64,000 bases of DNA. It comes from Candidatus Sumerlaeales bacterium (GTDB lineage Bacteria; Sumerlaeota; Sumerlaeia; Sumerlaeales; Sumerlaeaceae). The stretch is taken from positions 1 to 64,000 of the forward strand of contig JBBSQY010000013.1 of NCBI GenBank assembly GCA_038243585.1, in the 5' to 3' direction. Below are positions 39,588 to 50,901 of the stretch, one piece after another. Every line of letters starts with the position of its first letter. The first letter of the stretch is position 1. The position numbers and the translations under genes were made by a program. The notes beneath the pieces are model-generated. The model did no database searches. It saw only the letters and a program-made list of their open reading frames with translations, and had not been told where the DNA came from.

Positions 39588-40892
39588 TTACGAAAAACGA
39601 ATTCGAAACGGTATGCCAAACGCCACATGAGTGGCCACAATGGAGGCGATGTAAGTCAAAAAATGGACAACCGCCGTAGCGACCGCTAATCCTATCACTC
39701 CGTAAACCCGCAAGCCGATATAAGCAGCGATGACATTTACGATGCCTGATACGACGCTGATAGTAAAGGCCAAGCCCGGTTTTCCTGCCTGAACGGGAAT
39801 TATTGAGGCAGCATACGCAATTCCCATCACCGCCATAGCCGGTGCGAAGAAACAGAGCATTTCACTGGCTGGTCCGTATGCCGGGAAGAACATGTTTAAT
39901 AACGGCTTGTTAAACAGAAAAAACAAAGCAAGAGGAATTGATAGCGCCAACATCAGACCGTAGACCCTACCTAAAAACGTTTCCAACTGTCGCGGTCCTC
40001 CGATATAAGCCGCAGAGACTCGAGGAGCAACTGCTGACAGCACGGACGACAATATTAAAGCTGGTATAATTAAAAATTGATTTGTAAGCCGGAACTGCCC
40101 AACATCAGCAAGATTTGACAACCCACCTAACATTAGCACATTAATATTTAGAAATAGAAATGTAGATAGACCGCGCAAAGCCAAGGGCAAACTATAGCGC
40201 AGAAAATCCGCTTTGGGTGCCTGAGCAACGGTCAGACTTGCGTTCCCCTTTAAAAATTGATGTCGGTAAGCCCATGCCATAAGAAGGCAATTCAGCACCA
40301 TCCCCGCCGCCATTACAAGGATGTACATTGTCACCTTATACCCTGATGCAGCAAGCCCAATTATACCTCCCGCCATTAAAGTCGCGCACGCACTGCCGAT
40401 AATGGCGGGGGTGCGAAACTCCTGCATGCCACGGTAACAGCCGTCCAGCACGGCCCGACTACCACGGGCAATTGCCAGGGCGACGGCAAATACTATTAAC
40501 GTAAGAGTAACCTGCGAATGGTAATAAAAAAAAGATATTACGCCCATTGAAAATGCAGCGAAAATCAGCGCAATGACAGAGACCCCTGCGTAGCGCCAGC
40601 CAATAAAAGCCGCATACGGATCGTTTCGAGCTTTGGCTTCCGAAACGCTTTTTATAATAGTCGGAAAGAACCCGTCGCCCAGCAACGTGACGAGCTGCAC
40701 CCCCGCAAGCAGAATAGCTAATTGCCCCAAAGACGCAGGCCCAAACCAACGGGCCACCAGCAGCGAGGCAAACGTCATTGCGGCGGCTTCTATCCCCGAA
40801 TGCAAGAGTAGCCAGCTAATGTTTCGGCCGATGCCGCCGGGTCTGAATCTGCCCGTGACATTCTTCAGCATTGAACGATCCATTCTAAGCAA
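39588..40892 (-). CDS. Wzx/MOP-family oligosaccharide flippase
   Basis: About 12 TM segments; VARWFGPASLG and FLRYSLP...VGQFR patterns. Start uncertain. Confidence 0.8.
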   Translation of the reverse strand: MLRMDRSMLKNVTGRFRPGGIGRNISWLLLHSGIEAAAMTFASLLVARWFGPASLGQLAILLAGVQLVTLLGDGFFPTIIKSVSEAKARNDPYAAFIGWRYAGVSVIALIFAAFSMGVISFFYYHSQVTLTLIVFAVALAIARGSRAVLDGCYRGMQEFRTPAIIGSACATLMAGGIIGLAASGYKVTMYILVMAAGMVLNCLLMAWAYRHQFLKGNASLTVAQAPKADFLRYSLPLALRGLSTFLFLNINVLMLGGLSNLADVGQFRLTNQFLIIPALILSSVLSAVAPRVSAAYIGGPRQLETFLGRVYGLMLALSIPLALFFLFNKPLLNMFFPAYGPASEMLCFFAPAMAVMGIAYAASIIPVQAGKPGLAFTISVVSGIVNVIAAYIGLRVYGVIGLAVATAVVHFLTYIASIVATHVAFGIPFRIRFS

Positions 40893-40919
40893 GCCGGAAA
40901 CAGCAGAGTGCGCTACACA

Positions 40920-42080
40920 TCATTTTGTCAAAAGCCGCTGTATTATAAATTCGAATGAGTTTACCATACGCCTAGGTGTAAAATCCTCGGCGTGCATTTT
41001 GGCTGCTTGTCCTAGTTCATCTCGATATTGAGAGTTTGAGGCCAAATCTCTGATAGCCTCAGCGGTGGCGGCGGGATCATCGGGAAACACAATTAGTCCG
41101 GTTTTCCCGTGAAGAACGGCTTCGACCGCACCCCCGCTGTTTCCTGCAATGGAAGGTTTTCCATGCAGTCCGGCTTCAAGAAAAACCATTCCAAATCCTT
41201 CTCTCTCGCCATCGCTCATCTGTCGATTGGGCATACAAAAAAAATCACATTGTGCATAAAGGCTGTCTACATCTTGAACAGAGCCTAAAAATATCACATG
41301 ATTATCCAGTCCAAGTCCTCTCACCAGCTTCATAAGGTGCGTCTTGAACGGGCCAACTCCGGCAATATAATAGCGCAAATTCGGGAATTCCTCAGTAAGC
41401 AGGTGTACCGCTAAAATGGCTGTGTCTATTCCCTTCCGTTCCACCAGCCGTGATAGCGTCAAAAGTACCGGATTACCAAATAACGGAAGGTTCTCAATAG
41501 TTAAGTCCTTTCCATACGAACTAACTGCCGGGGGAACGACTACAGTCTTAAGGGCGGTGCCGGACCTCACTTCTTCAAGCTCGGCCCTGCTGCTTTCAGT
41601 AAGAACTGTCACATTATGAGCGGCGGCAAGGACGCTGCGCATTAATTTTCGCATCCTCATTCCACGCTTGTACACTGTGATTTCTTCCCCGTAGGTAATC
41701 ACCAGTAACGCTCGAAATCGCCGCAAGCGAATTAACGCGCTTCCGACTACTCCAGCGGGAATAATATGGCCTGCAATGACGATATCGCCATGTGATAATA
41801 TCAGGCGCATAAAAAGAAACGGGAAAATCGAAAGGCGGGAGAAGCGGTTTACTAGCGGATTAGAATGGGCACCCCAATTTTGAAGTTTAAACCACACGGT
41901 ACTTCTTTGTATCTGAACACCAGCAATAGCTGCTTGCACGACGCTGCCGCTAACCGCGGGTGTAAAGACTTTCACGGTATGCCGGTTTTGCGCCAGTCCT
42001 TCCGCTAAAGTTTTAAGATAGGCTTCCGAGCCCCCTCGATTAGGCGAGAAAGTGTCTGCAATAATTAGGATTTGCGCCAT
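40920..42080 (-). CDS. GT4 glycosyltransferase (PimB-like)
   Basis: GGSE, SRLVERKG and EGFGMVFLEA motifs. Confidence 0.92.
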   Translation of the reverse strand: MAQILIIADTFSPNRGGSEAYLKTLAEGLAQNRHTVKVFTPAVSGSVVQAAIAGVQIQRSTVWFKLQNWGAHSNPLVNRFSRLSIFPFLFMRLILSHGDIVIAGHIIPAGVVGSALIRLRRFRALLVITYGEEITVYKRGMRMRKLMRSVLAAAHNVTVLTESSRAELEEVRSGTALKTVVVPPAVSSYGKDLTIENLPLFGNPVLLTLSRLVERKGIDTAILAVHLLTEEFPNLRYYIAGVGPFKTHLMKLVRGLGLDNHVIFLGSVQDVDSLYAQCDFFCMPNRQMSDGEREGFGMVFLEAGLHGKPSIAGNSGGAVEAVLHGKTGLIVFPDDPAATAEAIRDLASNSQYRDELGQAAKMHAEDFTPRRMVNSFEFIIQRLLTK

Positions 42081-42179
42081 CTAAATCACATTTCTTAAAA
42101 TCTACGTTGCTACCGGATAATGCTCTTTTAGTTTTGATTACCTTAAAAACGTCCGAGCATCATGTCAGATTTTTCGGTC

Positions 42180-43319
42180 TCACTCACTGGAAAGCCGCTT
42201 CCCGGCTTCTTCCGTTTCCAGCCTTTCGTGAGCGTCAAAAAGTAGCCTGGGAATGTTCAGACTCTGCGGACAACGGGGCAGACAGTCGCCACATTCGTTG
42301 CACTTGTTGGCTTTGTTTCCCGGCTGCCAGTGGCCTGCCACCTCAAACATTTTGTAGCGATACTTACCATATTCCGCCATGTCAAAACCCGTCGCAAGAT
42401 TTCGGAGGCGCAGAACCTCCGGAATACTGATTTCCATAGGACAAGGCAGACACTGCCAGCACTGGGCACAAAACTCATCCTGCGGGATGGCATTCCACTG
42501 CGCCTCCACCCGGCTTAAAACACCGTACTCTTCTTCACTGAACGGTCCGTCCATATCAAAGGCGGGGACATGAGGTTCAAACTCTTCCACAAAACTTGGC
42601 CCGAACGACAACGTATGAACCTGCGGGTGGAGGCCCAGAAGCCAACGAGCGTTGAATACCACCGGATGCATAGGCTGGCACAGGCGGCTTAGCACCGGAG
42701 ACGGACGAAAAAGCTGTCCACCCTTATCGGCCGGGGAAATAATAAACACACCCATGTCCAGTTCAGCGGCGCGGTCGACGGCGGCGCGATTACGCTGATT
42801 GAAGTAATAATAGTGCAGGTTCACACTTTCAAACATTTGCGTGTTTATCGCCGCGAGAATAACCTCCAGCGGCCCGTGGGTAGAAAATCCCACATGCCGA
42901 ATGAGCCCCTCGCGAACCGCGCGATCCACCGCTTTACGGCACCCGTCCGGGTCTTGCACCTGATTCAGAATGTCAAACGTGTTGATCCCGTGATAATCAA
43001 AATTATCAATCCACGTGATCTTCATCTTTTCTAGCGACTCGTTGATGAACCGCCACATCGTTTCCTCGTCTTCCTGTGGGGATATCTTTGTGGTGATATA
43101 AAGTCGCTCCCGCGGCAGCTTGTGCATGATGCCGCCCAACAGCTCTTCGCTCAATTTATATCCGCGGGCGGTTTCGATGTGATTAATGCCGCAATCCAGC
43201 CCCTTCATCACCACCGCTTCCATCTGTTCGGCTTCAACTGCGGGAGGAATAAACCGCATCCCACCCATGCTGAAGACGCTGAGCATCATCTCGGTCTTGC
43301 CGAAGCGCCTGTACTTCAT
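42180..43319 (-). CDS. aldo/keto reductase with a C-terminal 4Fe-4S dicluster domain
   Basis: YRRFGKT, HIETARGY and GFSTH; CxxCxxCxPCP twice. Confidence 0.93.
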   Translation of the reverse strand: MKYRRFGKTEMMLSVFSMGGMRFIPPAVEAEQMEAVVMKGLDCGINHIETARGYKLSEELLGGIMHKLPRERLYITTKISPQEDEETMWRFINESLEKMKITWIDNFDYHGINTFDILNQVQDPDGCRKAVDRAVREGLIRHVGFSTHGPLEVILAAINTQMFESVNLHYYYFNQRNRAAVDRAAELDMGVFIISPADKGGQLFRPSPVLSRLCQPMHPVVFNARWLLGLHPQVHTLSFGPSFVEEFEPHVPAFDMDGPFSEEEYGVLSRVEAQWNAIPQDEFCAQCWQCLPCPMEISIPEVLRLRNLATGFDMAEYGKYRYKMFEVAGHWQPGNKANKCNECGDCLPRCPQSLNIPRLLFDAHERLETEEAGKRLSSE

Positions 43320-44338
43320 TGAGACTCGAGTGACCCGTAGATTTTTTCGATCGTCTGCACCACAGCGACGGCCTCCAGTGGATTTACGTCAAGTTCCGCA
43401 CGGCTCTTTATGGCCGCGACTACGTTGATATATTGCCTAAAAAATAGTTCAAGCTTAATATCTAAATCAATGGGAGCAATATCAGATTGCGGCTCCGGAA
43501 GCGCCAGTCCGTCAGCATGGAACCAATACACGACTCTGCCTTTTTCCACTTTAATAGACGCCGTGGACGAATGAACTTCATACGCCTCGTCGAAACCCGG
43601 TGCCGCGCTAGTGCTAGCCTCCAGAGTAGCAAGCAGTCCACATTGCCAGCGGAAAATAGCCACCGCCGTGTCCTCTGTTTCAAGCACCTGCGACCGTGAG
43701 CAATGACTAAAACCCGACACCTCATTAGGCACTCCAAAAATCCATTGCAACGTATCAATGGAATGCACCGCCTGGTTCATGAGTACCCCCCCATGCTCCC
43801 CCGCGCGGCGTCCCCGCCACTGGCTTTCCAAGTAGTACTCATCATGCCTAAACCACTTTACCGTGGCCCGCGCCAGCACCGGTCGGCCCATAAGACCACT
43901 CGATACCGCCGCCTTTAGCGACGCCACACCGGCGCTATACCTGTTCTGGCTTATCACCGCGCATTGAACTCCGGCATTTTGACAGGCCCGCGTCAGTCTA
44001 AGCGCTTCAACTGACTGTGAATCAATCGGCTTTTCCACCACCACATGCTTCCCTGCTCGCGCGGCTTTAACACCAAATTCTCCGTGCATCCCGCTTGGCA
44101 GACAAATGACAACCGCGTCCACATTTTCGCTTTTCAACATAGATTCGAAATCAGCAAACATCAGGCATTTATGCTTCTCGGAAATACGACTGGAGATATC
44201 CGCACTTTGATCGCAAACTCCCGCCAACACGGCACCAGGCACAGAAGCGATTACCCGACAGTGCCGCTCCCCCATTAGACCAAGTCCAATTATCCCAAAT
44301 CGGACATCACTATCATAAATGGCTTTAGGCTCAGTCAC
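43316..44338 (-). CDS. Gfo/Idh/MocA oxidoreductase
   Basis: IIGLGLMG, VEKP and NQAVHSID motifs. Confidence 0.92.
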   Translation of the reverse strand: MTEPKAIYDSDVRFGIIGLGLMGERHCRVIASVPGAVLAGVCDQSADISSRISEKHKCLMFADFESMLKSENVDAVVICLPSGMHGEFGVKAARAGKHVVVEKPIDSQSVEALRLTRACQNAGVQCAVISQNRYSAGVASLKAAVSSGLMGRPVLARATVKWFRHDEYYLESQWRGRRAGEHGGVLMNQAVHSIDTLQWIFGVPNEVSGFSHCSRSQVLETEDTAVAIFRWQCGLLATLEASTSAAPGFDEAYEVHSSTASIKVEKGRVVYWFHADGLALPEPQSDIAPIDLDIKLELFFRQYINVVAAIKSRAELDVNPLEAVAVVQTIEKIYGSLESQ

Positions 44339-45062
44339 GCAAACGTCCAGTCGGGATAAATCTACAGCGATACCAACATAATCCTATAATGTCGTAAATG
44401 CCAACCCAAATGCGATCATTCACTCCATATTTTGAGAATCCGCCTATTCGCGCCCGATGACTAACCGGCATTTCAATAACCTTAAATCCGTGAATCATTA
44501 TAAGTGTTGGAAGAAACCTATGGAGCGCGAGAAACGCAGGGAGTTGTACCAGCGCAGTACGTTTAATGATCCGCAGAGAACAGCCGGCGTCGGTAATATT
44601 ATCATTCAGCGCCCACCGCCGCACCCGGTTCGCGAAACGACCAAAAAAAACTTTTCCGTTCCTGTCCTGTCGGTTTTGTCGAACACCGCAAACAGCGTCC
44701 GCCTGTTCGCGATTCATGAAATCCAACATTGCTGGTAAATCTGCTGGGTCGTTTTGCAGATCAGAATCCATAGTTATTAATAAATTTCCGCGCGCAGCGG
44801 TAATTCCGGACAATACGGCAGCGCTCTGCCCAAAATTGGATTGGTGTTTTAGCACCCGTAAATTAGGATATAGCGACTGCGCCTGCTTCAGTTTCAGGAG
44901 TGATTCGTCCGTACTTCCATCGTCTACGTATAAAATTTCAAACTGACTGCTGACGTCACTCATAGCCGCATCCAGCTGCGCAAGCAAAGTGTCAATATTA
45001 TCTGCCTCGTTGTAGCCGGGCAAAATAACAGAAATTTCAGGAGAGTTTATCATCAGCGCCAA
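44331..45062 (-). CDS. GT2 glycosyltransferase (DPM1/ArnC-like)
   Basis: YNE, VDDGSTD, NFGQSAA, MDSDLQNDP and HRFLP motifs. Confidence 0.92.
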   Translation of the reverse strand: MALMINSPEISVILPGYNEADNIDTLLAQLDAAMSDVSSQFEILYVDDGSTDESLLKLKQAQSLYPNLRVLKHQSNFGQSAAVLSGITAARGNLLITMDSDLQNDPADLPAMLDFMNREQADAVCGVRQNRQDRNGKVFFGRFANRVRRWALNDNITDAGCSLRIIKRTALVQLPAFLALHRFLPTLIMIHGFKVIEMPVSHRARIGGFSKYGVNDRIWVGIYDIIGLCWYRCRFIPTGRLRD

Positions 45063-45186
45063 TGCATTCTTGTGCTCCCATTTGTTTCATCATCAAGCGT
45101 TAATGTTGATTGAATGACAGTGAATATTCACGTCCGCACATCATAGAAACGCTTGCTGCTAAATTTTGGCAACAAGACAGCAAAGT

Positions 45187-45263
45187 GCACCCATAGCTCA
45201 ATTGGATAGAGCAACAGACTACGAATCTGTAGGTTGGGCGTTCGACTCGCTCTGGGTGCACCA
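45187..45263 (+). tRNA. tRNA-Arg(ACG)
   Basis: GCACCCATAGCTCAATTGGATAGAGCAACAGACTACGAATCTGTAGGTTGGGCGTTCGACTCGCTCTGGGTGCACCA forms a cloverleaf with encoded CCA. Confidence 0.97.
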
Positions 45264-45433
45264 CTTCTCCCTTTTCCAACTACCTTAGATGTTTTGCCTA
45301 GCTTGGGTTGGTGCTAACGATAAGTCGATCTGGCAATCTACAAACAACCGTTACAGTCTTTATAACCCGTAGGTCTGACGGCGCTGCCATCGATTTTGCA
45401 TGATCTCTAATTCGAGGTGTAGCCAGATCGACC

Positions 45434-47488
45434 ATGACTGACGACAAGCCAAACCGCCCCCCCAACCGCCTTTCAAAAGAATCCTCTCCCTATCTGATCC
45501 AGCACCAGTATAACCCAGTGGACTGGTATCCATGGGGTGAGGAGGCATTTGCCCGCGCCCGCGCTGAAAATAAGCCGCTTCTCATCAGCATTGGCTATTC
45601 CGCCTGTCACTGGTGCCATGTAATGGAGCACGAAAGCTTTAGCAACGAAGAGATCGCGCGTCAGATCAATGATACCGTCATTCCTGTAAAGGTTGATCGG
45701 GAAGAACGGCCCGACGTCGATGCTATCTACATGAACGCCTGTCAGGCTATGACAGGGCAGGGCGGGTGGCCTTTAAACGCATTCGTTACGCCCGATCTGA
45801 AGCCTTTTTTTGTCGGCACGTATTTTCCGCCTCAGGACAACTACGGACGTCCCGGATTTAGCAGTGTGCTGCAGCGAATTCGCGAGGCATGGGTTACCGA
45901 CAGCCGAGGCTTGATGCAGCAGGCAGAATCCCTGCATGCGCAATTTGAGCATTTCTCCAGCAGTTCCGATGCGCAACAACTGGCTCCTGAGCTTCTGGAA
46001 GACGTGGTGCGCGATTCCGCATCCATATATGATTTGCGACATGGCGGGTTTGCCACCGCTCCGAAGTTTCCGCCAGATACCCGCCTTGCGCTGCTCCTTG
46101 CCGCATATTCCGTAGACGGCGCCCAATCCGCCCTTAAAATGACCACCGGCACCCTCGACGCCATGGCCTACGGTGGCCTGTATGACCAGATAGGCGGAGG
46201 CTTTGCCCGCTACAGTGTTGATGCGCAATGGCTTATCCCCCACTTCGAAAAGATGCTGTATAACCAGGCTCTTCTGATACCCGTATATGCAGATGCGTGG
46301 CTGGTAACTGGCAAGCCATTGTATGAGCGCATTGCTCGGGAGACGGCCGACTGGGTGCTGCGAGACCTGACAGCCGACAACGGCGTGTTCCAATGCGCGT
46401 ACGATGCTGACAGCGAAGGCGAAGAAGGTAAGTTTTATGTATGGACCCCGCTGCAGATTGCGGAAATACTTCCGCAAGAAGATGCGGCCTTGTTTTGTGC
46501 ATACTACAATATCACATCGCGCGGTAATTTTGAACATAACACCAGCAACCCAAACATTACCGTGCCACCGGAAGAATTCGCCGCGAGCCATAAGATGGAT
46601 GTACAGGTGTGGCTGAACCGCCTGAACGCGATGCGCGAACAGGTTCGAGCCGCGAGAGAGACTCGCGTCTGGCCGGGCTTAGATGACAAATGCCTGACCG
46701 GTTGGAACGGCCTGATGATCTCAGCGCTTTGCCGCATAGCCCAAGCTTTTGACGACAACCAGTATGAACAGGCAGCGCGCCAGGCCGCCGAGACATTGCT
46801 TGAAAAGCAGTGGGACGGCGAAACCCTTTTGCGTGTATTGAAAGACGACCGGTCCAGCGTACGCGGCACTCTTGAAGACTACTCATTTTTTGCCGAAGCC
46901 CTTATTGACCTTTATGAAACAACGTTTGAAATGAAGTGGCTGGATGCGGCCAAGGCTATCTCGGCCGGTATGACGGCCTTGTTTGAAGACAAGGAGAACG
47001 GCGGCTTCTTTTACACGGACGGCCGGGATACAAGTCTGATTAGCCGGACTCGCGACACGCACGACGGAGCCCTGCCCGCTTCGGCTTCCATAGCTGTTAG
47101 GGCGTTGCTGCGCTTGGGGCATTTTTATCGTGATGCGGCGCTAACGGAAACGGCCAGGAAGGCTCTCTCGGCGGATGGTCGTCGTGCAAACGCCCACCCC
47201 ATGGCTTACTCAGCCTTGGTTCTGGCTGATTTGTATGCTCGTCCTGACGTTCCGGAAATTACTATTGTGGGCCAAGATATGCATGCTGTGAAGGATCTTG
47301 TAAACGCTGTCCGACAAAGCTATCTTCCGGCGAAAATTCTTTCGGTAAGCCTGACTTCGATGCCAAACTTGCCGCCAATGGCCAGCGACAAGCCAGCAAC
47401 CGAAATTGCGCAGGCTTACGTCTGCCGGAATTTCGTATGCCAGCCGCCGGTGACTAACGCGACTGAGCTTACAGACTTGCTGAAGTAG
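45434..47488 (+). CDS. YyaL/SSP411 thioredoxin-domain protein
   Basis: [32 protein letters not shown] and DADSEGEEG motifs. Confidence 0.95.
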   Translation: MTDDKPNRPPNRLSKESSPYLIQHQYNPVDWYPWGEEAFARARAENKPLLISIGYSACHWCHVMEHESFSNEEIARQINDTVIPVKVDREERPDVDAIYMNACQAMTGQGGWPLNAFVTPDLKPFFVGTYFPPQDNYGRPGFSSVLQRIREAWVTDSRGLMQQAESLHAQFEHFSSSSDAQQLAPELLEDVVRDSASIYDLRHGGFATAPKFPPDTRLALLLAAYSVDGAQSALKMTTGTLDAMAYGGLYDQIGGGFARYSVDAQWLIPHFEKMLYNQALLIPVYADAWLVTGKPLYERIARETADWVLRDLTADNGVFQCAYDADSEGEEGKFYVWTPLQIAEILPQEDAALFCAYYNITSRGNFEHNTSNPNITVPPEEFAASHKMDVQVWLNRLNAMREQVRAARETRVWPGLDDKCLTGWNGLMISALCRIAQAFDDNQYEQAARQAAETLLEKQWDGETLLRVLKDDRSSVRGTLEDYSFFAEALIDLYETTFEMKWLDAAKAISAGMTALFEDKENGGFFYTDGRDTSLISRTRDTHDGALPASASIAVRALLRLGHFYRDAALTETARKALSADGRRANAHPMAYSALVLADLYARPDVPEITIVGQDMHAVKDLVNAVRQSYLPAKILSVSLTSMPNLPPMASDKPATEIAQAYVCRNFVCQPPVTNATELTDLLK

Positions 47489-47590
47489 CATAGGCGCCTG
47501 GCCTGTGCAAAAAAGAACAACAGCGATTGACGGAACAAATGATACTAGAAATGAAGTTTACGCTGCTCTGACATAGGTGGGAGACCTGTG

Positions 47591-48349
47591 CTACTTCTTG
47601 GTTATCCGCCAAACGAATCGCACATTCCCAACAAGATAACGCTTCCAAAGCCTTCGAGGTTCGAGAACAAGGCGGAAAAGCCACTCGAAACCGGCGCGGC
47701 GCACCCAGACTGGTGCCCGCGCCCGGCCCTCTCCATAATACTCAAACAGCGCTCCTACGCACCAGACAACCTTAACTCCCAGTTGATCCCGCCGCGCCCA
47801 CGCCCATTTTTCCTGGAGCGGCACTCCCATTCCTACCAGCAAAATATGCGCTCCGCTGGAAGCCACGTCCGTAGCCACAGATTCTCCATCACCATCGAAA
47901 AAGCCGTCCCACACGCCAACAATCTGCACCCCCGGCACGTGCGAACGCCAGGCTTCCACAGCGCGATCAGCCACGCCAGGTCTGCCACCAACCAACGCAA
48001 TCTTTAGCCCTCGTGCTGCTGCGATATGGCAGAACTTGAAGGTGAAGTCTCCTGCGTTTACCCGTTCCGGCAGATTGCCGCCTAAATATCGCGCGGCCCA
48101 CACAATCGCCTGTCCGTCAGCGTACACGCAGTCAGCGGAGTTTAAAATTTTCCTGTATTCCGCGTCATCTGCGGCTATGTTTGAGCACGCCGCATTGAGA
48201 TAGGTTACAAACGTTGGCGATTTAAGCACATTATCAGGTACCATTGCCTCAGAAATCAGCCAGTCGGCAAACTCCGAAACAGTGACCGCCTGCACAAGAA
48301 TCCCAAGCACATCAGACGTACCTGCATCCAAACTCTCACCCCGCGTCAA
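47591..48349 (-). CDS. WecB/TagA/CpsF family glycosyltransferase (GT26)
   Basis: ADG, ERV, VGMGVPLQEKW, RAP and EWLFRL..EPRRL motifs. Confidence 0.94.
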   Translation of the reverse strand: MTRGESLDAGTSDVLGILVQAVTVSEFADWLISEAMVPDNVLKSPTFVTYLNAACSNIAADDAEYRKILNSADCVYADGQAIVWAARYLGGNLPERVNAGDFTFKFCHIAAARGLKIALVGGRPGVADRAVEAWRSHVPGVQIVGVWDGFFDGDGESVATDVASSGAHILLVGMGVPLQEKWAWARRDQLGVKVVWCVGALFEYYGEGRARAPVWVRRAGFEWLFRLVLEPRRLWKRYLVGNVRFVWRITKK

Positions 48350-49104
48350 CCTTGTGCTTTTTTCCGTTCGTCAGGTGTAACATCCATGTAAAAACGTTCA
48401 CCTAGGTAAAACTTACGGGCTTCTTCACTGTTAACAAGTTCAGCAGCAGTGCCTTGCATCATCACGCGCCCGCCAAAAATAATATAGGCCCTGTCCGTAA
48501 CCGATAGAGTCTCACGCACGTTATGATCGGTTATTAAGACCCCCAGCCCCCGGTTTTGCATCTGGAAGATAATATCCTGCAGATCTTCAACAGCCTTTGG
48601 ATCAACCCCGGAAAAAGGTTCGTCCAACAATATAAAATCAGGAGAGTTAACCAGAGATCTGGCAATCTCGACCCGCCGCCGCTCGCCGCCTGAAAGGGTA
48701 TAAGCTACGCTTTTCCGCAGGTGGACCACGCCTAGTTCTTCCAACAACAGGTCCAGCCTCTCTTTGCGTTTTGACTTGCTGAGAGGCGTTGTCTCAAGAA
48801 TTGCCATAATGTTTTGCTCAACCGTCAGCTTACGAAAAATGCTCATATCCTGCGGCAGATAGCCAAGGCCTAAATGGGAACGCTTATGCATGGGCATTGA
48901 CGTCACATCCGTTTCGCCTATAAACACGCGACCTTCTGTCGGACGGATCAGGCCAACCACCATATTGAAGGTAGTACTCTTGCCTGCGCCATTGGGTCCT
49001 AACAGTCCAACAATCTCACCTTTGTTCAGTTCGATGTTGACCTTGTCAACTACCCGCCGGCCACCATACTCCTTAACCAGCTCCGATGTCGCGATTCTTG
49101 CCAC
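48346..49104 (-). CDS. lptB: LPS export ABC transporter ATP-binding protein
   Basis: GPNGAGKST, LSGGERRRVEIAR, DEPFSGVDP, ITDHNVRETL and YLGE motifs. Confidence 0.96.
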   Translation of the reverse strand: MARIATSELVKEYGGRRVVDKVNIELNKGEIVGLLGPNGAGKSTTFNMVVGLIRPTEGRVFIGETDVTSMPMHKRSHLGLGYLPQDMSIFRKLTVEQNIMAILETTPLSKSKRKERLDLLLEELGVVHLRKSVAYTLSGGERRRVEIARSLVNSPDFILLDEPFSGVDPKAVEDLQDIIFQMQNRGLGVLITDHNVRETLSVTDRAYIIFGGRVMMQGTAAELVNSEEARKFYLGERFYMDVTPDERKKAQG

Positions 49105-49228
49105 GGTTCACCTGTCTCTTTCAGCTTTCAAACGCCTGCGTTGCAAAAGTCTCGACAACAAAAACACCATTCTTTCAATATCTAGTCAGCCAGTCCGAAA
49201 AGTTCACGAAAAAGGATGATTCCGCTTA

Positions 49229-49744
49229 ATGCCACGCCGCCCTATATCTATTGTTCGATGGGTAATCAGCGTCATCATACTGATACCAACGCTCTTGGTT
49301 TGGAGCTTCTTCCTGACCGGCCACTGGAAATCCTTTAAAGTGATATCCAGAAGCATGGAGCCAACGCTCTTAGTCGACGATTATTTGCTCATGCGCCATC
49401 AAAAAGATTTCCCTCTGCTCGACAACAAAGTGGTTGTGCTGGCAGATCCCTCCGGCGGAAAACTGGCCATGGTAAAACGCATAGTCGCTACCGCAAACAG
49501 CACCGTTAGATTGTCGAACGGGCGCATATATCTGGACGGTTCAAAAACTCCCCTGCCCGGCGAGAGGGTAGAAGATACTCCCAACCATGAATGGAAGCTG
49601 GATCAGAATCAAATTTTTGTATTGGGGGACAATCGCAACAATAGCCAGGACAGCTTTGATTTCGGACCATTATTACGAACTGATATTATGGGCGTAATCA
49701 CGTACCGGTACTACCCGTTAGTTCGTGCGGGAGTAGTGCAATAG
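49229..49744 (+). CDS. lepB: signal peptidase I
   Basis: SMEPTL (catalytic Ser), VKRI (catalytic Lys) and LGDNRNNS; single TM. Confidence 0.9.
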   Translation: MPRRPISIVRWVISVIILIPTLLVWSFFLTGHWKSFKVISRSMEPTLLVDDYLLMRHQKDFPLLDNKVVVLADPSGGKLAMVKRIVATANSTVRLSNGRIYLDGSKTPLPGERVEDTPNHEWKLDQNQIFVLGDNRNNSQDSFDFGPLLRTDIMGVITYRYYPLVRAGVVQ

Positions 49745-49824
49745 CCTACGAATACCAGACATTAATAAAAACAAGAGACACCCCCTACAGAATCACATTT
49801 TCAGAAAGCGGTACATCGCCGGAT

Positions 49825-50817
49825 ATGACTACGAAAGCAGAACAATCCCTGGCTCCCAGGGGCCGCGAAATAATCAATCAGGAAATTGAGGCGCTTCAGG
49901 CTATGGCTGGGCGCATCGGCGACAGCTTCGACATGGCAGTACATGCTATGCTGCAATGTACCGGACGGATCGTATTGACTGGTATGGGCAAACACGGCCT
50001 TATAGCCAGAAAGATTGCCGCCACGCTTTCCAGCACCGGCACTCCGGCTCATTATATCCACCCCGGGGAGGCCCTCCACGGCGATCTCGGGATGATCCAG
50101 ACCAGCGATATCGTTCTGGCCTTGTCCAACAGCGGAACTACCGCTGAAGTCGTCGCCTGCATTCCTTTCTTTAAGCGGAATGGAAACCAGCTTATCGCTA
50201 TGACCGGCAATCTACAAAGTCGCCTGGCTCTTGATGCGGATATTGTGCTGGACATTGAGGTTGAGCGCGAAGTTTGCCCGCTGAATCTAGCGCCCACAAC
50301 TTCAACCACTGCTGCCTTAGCCATGGGCGACGCGTTGGCTGTGGTGCTGCTTGAACAACGAGGATTCGAGGCAAGCGATTTTGCGCTGCGTCACCCCAAC
50401 GGTGCTTTGGGGCGTCAGTTCAAGCGAGTTGGAGACCTGATGAAGGCGGGGTCAAACCCAACAGTTCCTAAGAAAGCTACCTTTCGCGAAGCAATTGCAG
50501 CTATCACCGCAGAAAAACATGGCGCGGTTTCCATTACAAACGAAGACGGTCGTCTTTGCGGAATCCTGACTGATGGAGATCTGCGGCGCATTCTCCAGCG
50601 AGAAGCCGATGCAAAAGACCGGACCGTGAACGATGTTTTCCACCAGCCAGTTAGCGCCGTAATGACACCTGACCCCTTCCGAATAACTGCTGACGTACTT
50701 GCGACCCACGCCCTCACCATCATGGAAAACGGTTCCAGGAAAATTTTGGTACTTCCGGTAGTCGATGAACAGGACAAACCAGTAGGCATGATTCACTTGC
50801 ATGATTTGATCGGGTAA
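49825..50817 (+). CDS. kdsD: KpsF/GutQ arabinose-5-phosphate isomerase (SIS plus CBS domains)
   Basis: TGMGK, HGDLG, APTTST, HPNG and TDGDLRR motifs. Confidence 0.93.
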   Translation: MTTKAEQSLAPRGREIINQEIEALQAMAGRIGDSFDMAVHAMLQCTGRIVLTGMGKHGLIARKIAATLSSTGTPAHYIHPGEALHGDLGMIQTSDIVLALSNSGTTAEVVACIPFFKRNGNQLIAMTGNLQSRLALDADIVLDIEVEREVCPLNLAPTTSTTAALAMGDALAVVLLEQRGFEASDFALRHPNGALGRQFKRVGDLMKAGSNPTVPKKATFREAIAAITAEKHGAVSITNEDGRLCGILTDGDLRRILQREADAKDRTVNDVFHQPVSAVMTPDPFRITADVLATHALTIMENGSRKILVLPVVDEQDKPVGMIHLHDLIG

Positions 50818-50901
50818 GGCTTAAAAAATTCCCAGACCAGAGCTTCGTCAATCGAGGTAAAGCCGCAGCGGCAACGCCGGAAGTTGGACTAAATAGAAAA
50901 T

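Noticed and set aside
45773..46591. 272-aa antisense ORF inside the YyaL-like gene
   Set aside because: It is a shadow ORF of a conserved gene, with no motifs.
49170..49190. NrdR-box-like CAATATCTAGT
   Set aside because: It is a single partial match and not upstream of ribonucleotide reductase genes.
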